Assembly (NCBI GenBank): GCA_963812035.1
Contig: CAWETG010000001.1
Span: 654,987 to 718,986 of the forward strand
From: an uncultured Gemmatimonadales bacterium
GTDB lineage: Bacteria > Gemmatimonadota > Gemmatimonadetes > Gemmatimonadales > JACORV01
Direction: 5' to 3'
DNA: 64,000 bases
Both the position numbers and the translations under genes were made by a program. A model generated the notes under the pieces. The model had not been told where the DNA came from, did no database searches, and was given only the letters and a program-made list of their open reading frames with translations. Shown one piece after another: positions 47,026-55,294 of this stretch; the first letter of the stretch is position 1, and every line of letters starts with the position of its first letter.

Positions 47026-47433
47026 TCAGGCGTCCAGCGCGTCCGAGCGCTCGGCCAACTCTGATCCGTGCTCCGGCCGCAGCGTCTCCAGGATCGTGTT
47101 GTCCGGCTTGAGCAGGACGATCGTGGGCCGGTGAATCCGCGCCTCGTCCGGCGTCATCAGGGCGTACGCGATGATGATGACCGGGTCACCCACGTGCACC
47201 AGGCGGGCGGCGGCGCCATTCAGGCAGATGATCCGGGAGCCGCGCTGCCCCTCGACCGCGTAGGTTTCGAACCGCGCCCCGTTCGCAACATCCACCACCT
47301 GCACGCGCTCGAACGGCACGATGCCGGCAGCTTCCATGAGCGCGGCGTCGATCGTGATGCTCCCCACGTAGTGCAGATTGGCCTGCGTGACCGTGGCGCG
47401 GTGCAGCTTGGACTTGCAGAGCGTCAGCAGCAA
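47026..47433 (-). CDS. panD: aspartate 1-decarboxylase
   Basis: Start placed at TTG 47433 (GAGGA upstream). [23 protein letters not shown] contains the Gly-Ser self-cleavage site. Confidence 0.85.
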   Translation of the reverse strand: MLLTLCKSKLHRATVTQANLHYVGSITIDAALMEAAGIVPFERVQVVDVANGARFETYAVEGQRGSRIICLNGAAARLVHVGDPVIIIAYALMTPDEARIHRPTIVLLKPDNTILETLRPEHGSELAERSDALDA

Positions 47434-47605
47434 GGCGGTCGTCCTCGTGGCCCGGGAATGCCCGGAAGCTAACAACCCCGCCGCCCGGCCTGGTAGCGCC
47501 GGTCTACCAGCGGAGAGCCCGCCGGGCCCGGACCGGGGTGCCGAGCGCGGAGTTCCGGTGCCCGGCGGCTTGACAATCGCGACGCAGCCGTAAGGCTTCC
47601 TGTTC

Positions 47606-48283
47606 ATGTCCGGCTCCCGCCGCTTCGTCGTCATCCAGCACCAGGCTACCGAGGGTCCGGGCCTCATCGCCACGGTGGCCCACGACCACGGCTTTACCCT
47701 GGACGTGCGACGCATGGACCGGGGCGACTCCGTGCCCGCCGCCGACGCGCTCGAAGGCGTCGTCGTCCTCGGCGGCACGATGGGAGCGTACGACGTGGCG
47801 GGCCACCCGCATCTCGCCGCCGAGCAGCGCCTGCTCGCTGAGGCCTGCACCCGCGACATCCCGGTGCTCGGCATTTGCCTCGGCGCGCAACTCCTCGCCG
47901 CCGCACTCGGCGCGCGGGTGTTCAAAGGCCCGGCCGCAGAGATCGGATTCGGCGTCGTCACGCTGACGCCCGAGGGGACGCTCGATCCGATCCTCGGGCC
48001 ATCCGGCCCGGCATTCCCCGCCTTCCACTGGCACGCCGACACTTTCGACCTGCCGTCCGGCGCCGCGCACCTGGTCACCTCAGCCGCGTATCCCCGGCAG
48101 GCGTTCCGCGTCGGCGCGCGGGCCTATGGGCTCCAGTTCCACGTGGAGCTGGACCGGACGCTGGCCCACGACTGGGCCGCGGCGCTGCCGCCCGGCGTCA
48201 AGCTCGAGGAGAAACGCCGCGCGGCCGTGGAACAGACCGGCCGCGCGATCCTGCACCGCTTCTTCGCCGAGGTTCCGCGCTAG
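47606..48283 (+). CDS. class I glutamine amidotransferase-like protein
   Basis: [10 protein letters not shown] (nucleophile Cys) and LQFHVE (His-Glu). Confidence 0.75.
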   Translation: MSGSRRFVVIQHQATEGPGLIATVAHDHGFTLDVRRMDRGDSVPAADALEGVVVLGGTMGAYDVAGHPHLAAEQRLLAEACTRDIPVLGICLGAQLLAAALGARVFKGPAAEIGFGVVTLTPEGTLDPILGPSGPAFPAFHWHADTFDLPSGAAHLVTSAAYPRQAFRVGARAYGLQFHVELDRTLAHDWAAALPPGVKLEEKRRAAVEQTGRAILHRFFAEVPR

Positions 48284-48284
48284 A

Positions 48285-48803
48285 CTAGTGCTGGTGCCCC
48301 ATGCCGCCGTGCCGCATCGGCATCGGGTTCTTCGCCATCGAGTCCACCTGACTCCGCTGCGCATCCGTCAGCAACGCCCGCGCCTGGGCAGCCGCGCGCA
48401 ACATCGCCCACATCGCGTCGCCCATGAACTGGTGCGCTGCATCGAAGTGCGCCTTCACCGCCACGGTGTCCGGCGCCGCGGCCTGCATCGCCTGCTCCAG
48501 CTCCCCCAGGTGTTTCTGGGCCTGGTGCGCCGCCGCGTCGTGCGCCGCCTTCGCCGAATCGCCGAGCGCCGTGAGCTGCGTGACTTGATCGCTCGTGAGG
48601 TGCAGCGCGTCCTTCTGCCTCAGCAGGTGCTGCGGTGCGTCCGCCATGGCGCGCATCATCGGCGCCATCATCGAGTCCATCCCCGGCATCATGTCTCCGC
48701 GCATCGCCCCTCCATGCGCCATGCCTCGATGCGCAGAGGGTTGCTGCGCGGCGAGCGGCGTCGCCGCCGCTACCAGAACCGCCAACACCGCCATAGCCTT
48801 CAT
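48285..48803 (-). CDS. periplasmic LTXXQ (Spy/CpxP/ZraP-like) protein with Met/His-rich termini
   Basis: Start moved to ATG 48803 (AAGGACGGAG upstream) with a signal peptide. Two LTxxQ motifs (LTSDQ, LTDAQ). Met/His-rich tracts HRGMAHGGAMRGDMMPGMDSMMAPMMRAM and PMPMRHGGMGHQH. Confidence 0.65.
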   Translation of the reverse strand: MKAMAVLAVLVAAATPLAAQQPSAHRGMAHGGAMRGDMMPGMDSMMAPMMRAMADAPQHLLRQKDALHLTSDQVTQLTALGDSAKAAHDAAAHQAQKHLGELEQAMQAAAPDTVAVKAHFDAAHQFMGDAMWAMLRAAAQARALLTDAQRSQVDSMAKNPMPMRHGGMGHQH

Positions 48804-49003
48804 AAGCTCAACTCCGTCCTTGAGGTAGGACACAAGGGTAGTGCACTGAGCCGCTTGGTTGCAGTACCCAGCGGAGGAGGGCTGTCGCAATCTGTCCACG
48901 CGCTGTTTGTGAATTCGGACACAAGGGATGTTGTTTGCGTCTAACAACTGTTCGACAACGTCGTAACACAATGAGAGTCAAAGGCTTGCGCACACTTGGA
49001 CAG

Positions 49004-49019
49004 TGGCACAGGCTGTGCG
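49004..49019 (+). promoter_or_regulatory. sigma-54 (-24/-12) promoter candidate upstream of the first multihaem cytochrome
   Basis: TGGCACaggctGTGCg versus the consensus TGGCAC-N5-TTGC. GG-N10-GC spacing is exact, with one mismatch in the -12 box. It lies 80 nt before ATG 49099. Confidence 0.6.
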
Positions 49020-49098
49020 ATCGCATCCGTACGAGTACTTAGCCCTAGCCACGACCGCTACGGGCATTGAACGATTGGGAAGCGCGAGGAAGGGGCTC

Positions 49099-50580
49099 AT
49101 GGATCATCCCATCCAGGTCCGACATCTGCTGGTTGCTTCGGCGTTCGCGGTGCTGGCGACGGCATGCGTGAAGGACAACAATACGACCACGTCGCCGACA
49201 GGGGGCAGCAACCTCACCGCTGCGTTCGTCGGGTACAGCAACCCCACCACGAAGCAGACGACCTGCGGCAACTGCCACGTGTTGAAGCAGGAGACCTGGA
49301 TCCAGACCGGCCACTCTCACGCGTGGGCCGACCTGCAGGCGAGCGGGCACGCGGATACGACTTGCAGCCGGTGCCACTCGACGAATGGCACGAGCAACAC
49401 CGCCCCCGACACCGCCGGCTTCTTCAGCGCTTCGGCGGCGTCGCAGAAGTACTTCGTGGACGTCCAGTGCGAGGCCTGCCACGGTCCCGGGGCGCTGCAC
49501 GTGACGGTGCCTGACCAGACCGGCACGCAGCCAATCCCGTACTTCGTTTCCAAGGACACGACGCTCGGTGTCGGCTGCGGTATGTGCCACTACGGTGCGC
49601 CACACAACCCGTTCTATGAGGACTGGTCGCGCGGGGCCCACGGCATTCTGGAAGCCCCCGCCATCAGCAATGGCGGAACGTGCCTGCAGTGCCACGAGGG
49701 CAAGACGACGATGGAGCGGTTCGGCGGGAGCACCGTGTTCGTCGAGGCCGGCAACGCGACCGCCTACCCGATCGGGTGCACGACCTGCCACGCCCCGCAC
49801 GGCTCCACCAATACCCACGAGCTGCGCGAGTCCATCACCGTCCTCGACACGACGAACCTGTGCATCCAGTGTCACCATCGGAATGCGAATCCCGCCCTCT
49901 CGAACACCCGAGGACCGCACTCGCCGCAGGGGCCGACGTTCCTCGGCACCTCGGGGTGGCGGCCGGTGGGCTTCACCTGGGATTCGACCAACATGACGAC
50001 GCACTCGAACCCCGCTGCCAATCCACTCCTGTGCGCGACCTGTCACGTGGACACGCTCGACGTCAACAACAGCGCCGGCACCCTCGCGTGGCACTACACC
50101 GGGCACAGCTTTTACGCCATCCCCTGCGTGGATACCGCGGGGATCGACTCCACGAATTCGTGCGACGTCTCCGTGCGCAGCTTCGCGGCCTGCACCGCGA
50201 GCGGCTGCCACTCATCCCAAGCCGTGGTGCGGACTGACTTCCAGGCGCTGGGCGCGGAGCTGGCGTACTTCACCGGCGTCCTGTGGACCGACGTCAACGG
50301 CAACGGCAAGATCGACGCGGGCGACACGGGTCTCCTGACCCAGGTCCCGTCCACTGAATTCACGAATACCACGACCATCACGGTGGCGATGGGGGCGCTC
50401 TTCAACGTGCAGTTGGTGAGCGTGGACCAGTCGCACGGCGTGCACAATCCTCCGTACCTGCGGGCGCTGCTGGTCGCGACGATCCAGGCCGTCGAGCAGC
50501 AGTACAACCTGACACCGTCGCCGGCGGTGGACGCACGCGTCCATCAGTTGGCCGCCCAACTCGGCGTGCGCATCCGCTGA
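49099..50580 (+). CDS. multihaem c-type cytochrome, probable lipoprotein (8 CxxCH + 1 CX4CH)
   Basis: Start at ATG 49099 (GAGGAAGGGG upstream). Signal ending LATAC. Haem motifs CGNCH, CSRCH, CEACH, CGMCH, CLQCH, CTTCH, CIQCH, CATCH and CTASGCH. Confidence 0.85.
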   Translation: MDHPIQVRHLLVASAFAVLATACVKDNNTTTSPTGGSNLTAAFVGYSNPTTKQTTCGNCHVLKQETWIQTGHSHAWADLQASGHADTTCSRCHSTNGTSNTAPDTAGFFSASAASQKYFVDVQCEACHGPGALHVTVPDQTGTQPIPYFVSKDTTLGVGCGMCHYGAPHNPFYEDWSRGAHGILEAPAISNGGTCLQCHEGKTTMERFGGSTVFVEAGNATAYPIGCTTCHAPHGSTNTHELRESITVLDTTNLCIQCHHRNANPALSNTRGPHSPQGPTFLGTSGWRPVGFTWDSTNMTTHSNPAANPLLCATCHVDTLDVNNSAGTLAWHYTGHSFYAIPCVDTAGIDSTNSCDVSVRSFAACTASGCHSSQAVVRTDFQALGAELAYFTGVLWTDVNGNGKIDAGDTGLLTQVPSTEFTNTTTITVAMGALFNVQLVSVDQSHGVHNPPYLRALLVATIQAVEQQYNLTPSPAVDARVHQLAAQLGVRIR

Positions 50581-50647
50581 GGCGCGCGCGAGACGGGTAG
50601 GGACCGGCGCAGCAGCCTTCGGCGCTCGACGCCCGGTGGAACGCAGC

Positions 50648-50677
50648 GGGTCGGTCCTCTCCGGACCGGCCCGTTTT
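50648..50677 (+). terminator. intrinsic terminator/attenuator between the first two cytochrome genes
   Basis: gggtcggtcc / tctcc / ggaccggccc (one mismatch), followed by gtttt. Confidence 0.5.
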
Positions 50678-50712
50678 GCGTCTCCGCTCGAACGGTGAGA
50701 GAATAGGTTGCC

Positions 50713-52368
50713 ATGACGCGATACTACGTCTGGGTCTTGGAGCGATGGGCTCACCTGAGGCGCGGGTGGCGCATCGCTTTGGTGGCGGGGTTCACGCTCG
50801 CCCTGGGGAGCGCGTCGGTCGCCGGCTACCGCCAGTGGCACTACATGCAGCACGACAACCACTTCTGCACGTCGTGCCACCTCATGGTGGACCCGTTCCA
50901 GCGATTCAGCCGCAGCGCGCACGCGAAGCTCGAGTGCCACAACTGTCACGAGGGGCGGCTCCCGGAGCAGCTGCACCAGCTCTGGCTCACCGCCGTCACG
51001 AACCCTACGACCATCGGCCGGCACGCCCGGGTCCCGAACGAGGTCTGTGCCAGGTGTCACGTCAGCGGCGATTCCACCAAGTGGAAGATCATCGCCGCCA
51101 CCGCAGGCCACCGGATTCACCTGGAGTCGAAGGACCCGAGGCTCAAGGGAATGCGGTGCGTGGAGTGTCACGGCGTGTCGCTGCACGAGTTCGCGCCGGT
51201 AGACCGCACGTGCGGGCAGGCCGGATGCCACGACCACAATACGATCCAGCTCGGCCAGATGGGGCGGCTCAGCGAGTTGCATTGCACCACCTGCCACAAC
51301 TTCCTGGCCGAGGCGCGGGCGTTTGCGGTGGACTCCCTCGGCAAGCCCCTGACGCCGGCCGCCGCCCAGTGCCTCGCCTGCCACGCGATGCAGGAGAAGA
51401 TGCAGGCGATGGACATCGGCCGGGACCCGCACAACGGGGTCTGCGGCGATTGCCACAATCCGCATACGCAGACCAAGCCCCAGGACGTCAATTGCACCAA
51501 CGCCGGCTGCCATGCCGGCTGGCAGCGGGTGAGCTTCCACAACGGCGTGCCACACCCCGAGCGCTGTACCACCTGCCACCAGCCGCACAGCTGGCGGGTG
51601 GAAGGTCAGAACTGCGTCCGCTGCCACGCCAACATCCCACGGGAGGCCCCAAGCCACGCGCGCCGCGTCTCGCTGTCTCCGCGGTCGCACCTGACGGCCC
51701 CGACGGCGGTCGCCGACTTCGCGTCGGCCGCAGCCGCGTGGCTGCCGGACGCCGCGAGCCAGAACCCTCAGGCCAGCGGGGCGCCGGCTCTCGGGACTCC
51801 GCCGCGCTTCTCCCACGGCGATCACCGGGGGCAGATGTGCTCGAGCTGCCACTCGAGCCGGGTGCGGCACGGCGAGCTGCTGGTGAAGTCCAGCGCCGAC
51901 TGCCAACGCTGCCACCACAGCGGCCCCGAGCGGGCGGAGTGCTCGACCTGCCACGATGTCGCGGCGCTCGGCAAGGCCACGCTGCAGACCGAGCAGACGT
52001 TCCCGGTGGCGGCGAAGCACGCCACCGAGACCCGGCGCCTCCCGTTTGAGCACGCGCGACACCAGGGCTTCCCGTGCACGCAGTGCCACACGAACCCGCT
52101 GTCCCGTGCGCCGGAGGGCGCGGCGTGCGCCGCGTGCCACGCGAGCCATCACACGGCCTCGGCCAACTGCGTCGCCTGTCACGCTGGCACCAGGCCGATC
52201 GCCTTCCACAAGGCCGCCGATCACCCGAACTGCACTTCCTGTCACGGTGCGCGCGCGGCGAACTTGCCTGCCACGCGCGAGATGTGCCTGATGTGTCACA
52301 GCGCCCAGGCGCGGCACGTTCCGGGCGTGGTGTGCGAGCAGTGCCACAAAGTCCTGGCCCGGAGCTGA
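50713..52368 (+). CDS. membrane-anchored NapC/NirT-like cytochrome fused to a long multihaem extension (18 CxxCH + 2 CX4CH)
   Basis: N-terminal TM segment WRIALVAGFTLALGSASVAGY, followed by HFCTSCHLM (NapC/NirT-type first haem). I counted 20 haem motifs in 551 aa. Confidence 0.85.
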   Translation: MTRYYVWVLERWAHLRRGWRIALVAGFTLALGSASVAGYRQWHYMQHDNHFCTSCHLMVDPFQRFSRSAHAKLECHNCHEGRLPEQLHQLWLTAVTNPTTIGRHARVPNEVCARCHVSGDSTKWKIIAATAGHRIHLESKDPRLKGMRCVECHGVSLHEFAPVDRTCGQAGCHDHNTIQLGQMGRLSELHCTTCHNFLAEARAFAVDSLGKPLTPAAAQCLACHAMQEKMQAMDIGRDPHNGVCGDCHNPHTQTKPQDVNCTNAGCHAGWQRVSFHNGVPHPERCTTCHQPHSWRVEGQNCVRCHANIPREAPSHARRVSLSPRSHLTAPTAVADFASAAAAWLPDAASQNPQASGAPALGTPPRFSHGDHRGQMCSSCHSSRVRHGELLVKSSADCQRCHHSGPERAECSTCHDVAALGKATLQTEQTFPVAAKHATETRRLPFEHARHQGFPCTQCHTNPLSRAPEGAACAACHASHHTASANCVACHAGTRPIAFHKAADHPNCTSCHGARAANLPATREMCLMCHSAQARHVPGVVCEQCHKVLARS

Positions 52369-52370
52369 CG

Positions 52371-53768
52371 ATGCACTACCGCCTCCTCTCGACCTGTGCC
52401 CTGCTGCTCGGGCTCGCCGCGCCCGCAACGACACTACTTGCCCAGTCGGTGCGGCTGCACGGGACGACCACGACACAGTACATCCAACTGCGCCCCATCC
52501 AATACGATTCGTCAGCCGATTCGGGGGCCGGGGCCTACGTAGCGCTGCCGGTCGCGTACGCGGCGCCCTTCACCCAGGACCTGGAGCTGTCGGCGTGGGG
52601 GCTCGGGATGACGGGCCTGCGCGCTTACGCCCTGGTACGCGGGCGCGCGGCGCTGGGCTCCGAGTTGATCTGGCCGCAGTCCGACATGCACTTCGAGGCC
52701 CTGGATGCGTACCTGGAGCTGGAGCGGCCGCAGTACCTGCTGCGCCTCGGACGGCAGCAGCACTCGTCGGGGCTCGGATTCTACGGGTTCGATGGGCTGA
52801 CGGCCTTGTGGCGCCCGCTGGCCGCGCTGCACGTCGAGGGCTACGGCGGACGCGGCCTGGCGCGCGCCTCGGACGAGTCGTACAACAGCTCGGCCATCGC
52901 CTCGCTCGATCCGCTCCGCCCGGATCTGGGAACCATTCTGCTGGGGGCGTCGCTGTGGGCCGCCCCCACGGCGCGCTCGACTTTCTCGGCGATCTATCAA
53001 CGCGAGCTGCTGAGCGATGCCAGCGGCCTGGTGTCGGAGCGCGCCGCCTTCGACGGCCGCGTGGGGCTCGGCTCGCACCTGATCCTCTCGGCCTCGGCCG
53101 ACGCCGACATCGCGCGCGAGCAGTGGGGCAAGGCGAGCATCAGCGCGATGCTCCTCCTGCCGCGCGGCACCTCCCTCGAGATCGAAGCCTTCCAGTACCG
53201 GCCGACGCTCGATCTGTCGACCATCTGGGGGGTATTCACGCCGGAATCGCACTCCGGGTATTCGGCCACGGCCACCGTGGCGGCCGCCCGCGACCTGACG
53301 TTCTCCGGCGCCTTCACCTACCGGCACTGGCAGCCGCTCAGCTCCGGCTCGCCGTTCCTCGTGGACGTCGGCGACGACCAGAAGGAAGTTTCGCTCGGCG
53401 CGCACGCGCGCCGCGGAGTGTTCACCGTGGACGCCGGCTACCACCTGCAGCTCGGCTACGGCGGAGACCAGAGTGGCGGAGACCTCAGCGTCACCTACGC
53501 GATGCCGCGCGGGTGGCACCTCGGCGTCCAGACGACCGCGTTTCAGCAGACCGACATGTTCCGCGTCGCCGACGGCACCGTCTACGGGGTGGGGGGAAAC
53601 GTGAAGACCCCGCTCGGCCGGCGGCTGGGCCTGAGCGCTGAAGCCACGCGGTACTTCCACCGCCGCCTCACGGGCTCGACCAGCATCGACTGGAACCAGA
53701 CGCGGGCCTCGGTCAGCCTCGATTGGACCATCGGCGCCGACGCCGATCGCACCGGGAGCTATCGATGA
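52371..53768 (+). CDS. outer-membrane beta-barrel (porin-like) protein embedded between cytochrome genes
   Basis: ATG 2 nt after the upstream stop. Signal MHYRLLSTCALLLGLAAPATTLLAQ. No Cys-haem motifs. Alternating strand-like segments rich in Gly, Tyr and Ser (GYHLQLGYGGDQSGGDLSVTYAMP...). Confidence 0.65.
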   Translation: MHYRLLSTCALLLGLAAPATTLLAQSVRLHGTTTTQYIQLRPIQYDSSADSGAGAYVALPVAYAAPFTQDLELSAWGLGMTGLRAYALVRGRAALGSELIWPQSDMHFEALDAYLELERPQYLLRLGRQQHSSGLGFYGFDGLTALWRPLAALHVEGYGGRGLARASDESYNSSAIASLDPLRPDLGTILLGASLWAAPTARSTFSAIYQRELLSDASGLVSERAAFDGRVGLGSHLILSASADADIAREQWGKASISAMLLLPRGTSLEIEAFQYRPTLDLSTIWGVFTPESHSGYSATATVAAARDLTFSGAFTYRHWQPLSSGSPFLVDVGDDQKEVSLGAHARRGVFTVDAGYHLQLGYGGDQSGGDLSVTYAMPRGWHLGVQTTAFQQTDMFRVADGTVYGVGGNVKTPLGRRLGLSAEATRYFHRRLTGSTSIDWNQTRASVSLDWTIGADADRTGSYR

Positions 53769-55204
53769 TCGCCCGCGCGCTCACGGCCCTGCTCGCGCTG
53801 GTGGCCGCGCTGACCGGCACGCCGGCCCGTCACCGGGCGGGGCCTGCCCTCGCGGGCCAGGTGGCCACCGACACCTTCCCGCACGCACGCCACGCGAACC
53901 TGTTCACGACCTGCGCGTCGTGCCACGCCGGGATCTCGACCGGCGACACCGCCGCGCTGTGGCCGTCGCCGGAGCTGTGCGCCGGCTGTCACAACGGCGA
54001 TCTGGCGCGCCAGGTGAACTGGACGCCACGGCCACCGCGGGTCACCAATCTCAGCTTCGACCACGTGCCCCACGTCGCGATGTTCGAGTCGATGGACAGC
54101 GGAGGCGCCACCTGCCAGCGCTGCCATGCGCCGGCGGACTCCCTTCCCTTCATGGAGGTCGGCCGCGCGTCGCCGGAGCGGTGCGTGGGCTGCCACGGCC
54201 AGGGCGCGACGAGCCACCTGACGCAGACCAGCTGCGAGCCGTGCCACACCACGCTCCACGACGCCGCCGCGCTCGACACGGCGGCGATCCACGCGTTCCC
54301 CAGGCCCCCGTCGCACGACTCCGACTGGGTCCTGCACCACCAGAGCGCCGCCGCCGGCACGACCTGCGCGGTGTGCCACGCGCAGCCGTTCTGCGCCTCG
54401 TGCCACGTCAACGCGCGGATGGTGCAGGCCATCGAGAGCCTTCCGCCGGACGACCGCGTGGCCGCGATGGTGCGGGGACGGCAGGTCGCCTACCCGCGCC
54501 CGCCGTCCCACCTGGCGGCGGACTGGGACCGCGCTCACGGCGCCGTCGCCAAAGCCGGCGTGGCGGAGTGCGCCAACTGCCACGCCCAGGAGTCGTGCCT
54601 CGGCTGCCATCGCATCCAGGAGCGTGTGCCCGCGATCGCGGCGCTGCCGCGCCGCACCGCCGGCGCCGCGCCTGGCGTCAACCTCGCGGGCTTGAGGCCT
54701 GCCACCCATCTGCCCGACATGCAGCTGCGGCATCGCACGCTCGCTGCCGGCGGCGCCACGACCTGCAGCACGTGCCACCGGCCCTCGTACTGCGCGAGCT
54801 GCCACGACGCGGCCAAGGCGCCGAGCTTCCACGGCGCCAACTTCGTCCAGCGGCATGCGCAGCAGGCCTACGCCGCCGAGGCGGAGTGCACGGCCTGCCA
54901 CCAGACTCAGATCTTCTGCCGCGACTGTCACCAGAGGCTGGGGCGGGCCAACACCAACGCGCCGCTCGGCGGCGGCAGCTACCACGACAAGCAGCCCGGC
55001 TGGTTGTTCGGCCACGGCGGCGTGGCGCGCCGCTCCATCGAGACCTGCGCCAGCTGCCACGCCCAGGACTTCTGCGTGCGCTGCCACTCGGCGACGAGCG
55101 GCTGGCACATCAACCCGCACGGAGCCGGTTTCAACCCGAGCGTCGAGAGCAAGAACCCGGCGATGTGCCTCATCTGCCACACGACCGGCGTGCCCACCCA
55201 CTGA
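53765..55204 (+). CDS. 16-haem c-type cytochrome, secreted, with doubled-CxxCH pattern
   Basis: ATGA overlap with the barrel gene, then a signal peptide. 16 CxxCH motifs, many in close pairs (CAVCHAQPFCASCH, CANCHAQESCLGCH, CSTCHRPSYCASCH, CTACHQTQIFCRDCH, CASCHAQDFCVRCH). Confidence 0.85.
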   Translation: MIARALTALLALVAALTGTPARHRAGPALAGQVATDTFPHARHANLFTTCASCHAGISTGDTAALWPSPELCAGCHNGDLARQVNWTPRPPRVTNLSFDHVPHVAMFESMDSGGATCQRCHAPADSLPFMEVGRASPERCVGCHGQGATSHLTQTSCEPCHTTLHDAAALDTAAIHAFPRPPSHDSDWVLHHQSAAAGTTCAVCHAQPFCASCHVNARMVQAIESLPPDDRVAAMVRGRQVAYPRPPSHLAADWDRAHGAVAKAGVAECANCHAQESCLGCHRIQERVPAIAALPRRTAGAAPGVNLAGLRPATHLPDMQLRHRTLAAGGATTCSTCHRPSYCASCHDAAKAPSFHGANFVQRHAQQAYAAEAECTACHQTQIFCRDCHQRLGRANTNAPLGGGSYHDKQPGWLFGHGGVARRSIETCASCHAQDFCVRCHSATSGWHINPHGAGFNPSVESKNPAMCLICHTTGVPTH

Positions 55205-55236
55205 GGCGGGCGGCCGGCGCCGGTCACCGAAACGCC

Positions 55237-55267
55237 AGGAGGCCAGCCGGGCGTCGGCTGGCCTCCT
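55237..55267. terminator. hairpin between the convergent cytochrome operons (possible bidirectional terminator)
   Basis: aggaggccagcc / gggcgtc / ggctggcctcct gives a 12-bp perfect stem. No strong U-tract on either side. Confidence 0.45.
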
Positions 55268-55294
55268 CGTCATGCGGCGGTTGACCGGCGGGCC

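Noticed and set aside
47569-47605. TTGACA-15-TAAGGC as the promoter for the amidotransferase gene.
   Set aside because: The -35 box is good but the -10 box is poor, the spacer is short, and the element sits almost on the start codon.
50212-52476. 754-aa minus-strand ORF across the cytochrome genes.
   Set aside because: It is an antisense shadow. The plus frames carry dense CxxCH motifs and signal peptides, and the minus frame has no motifs.
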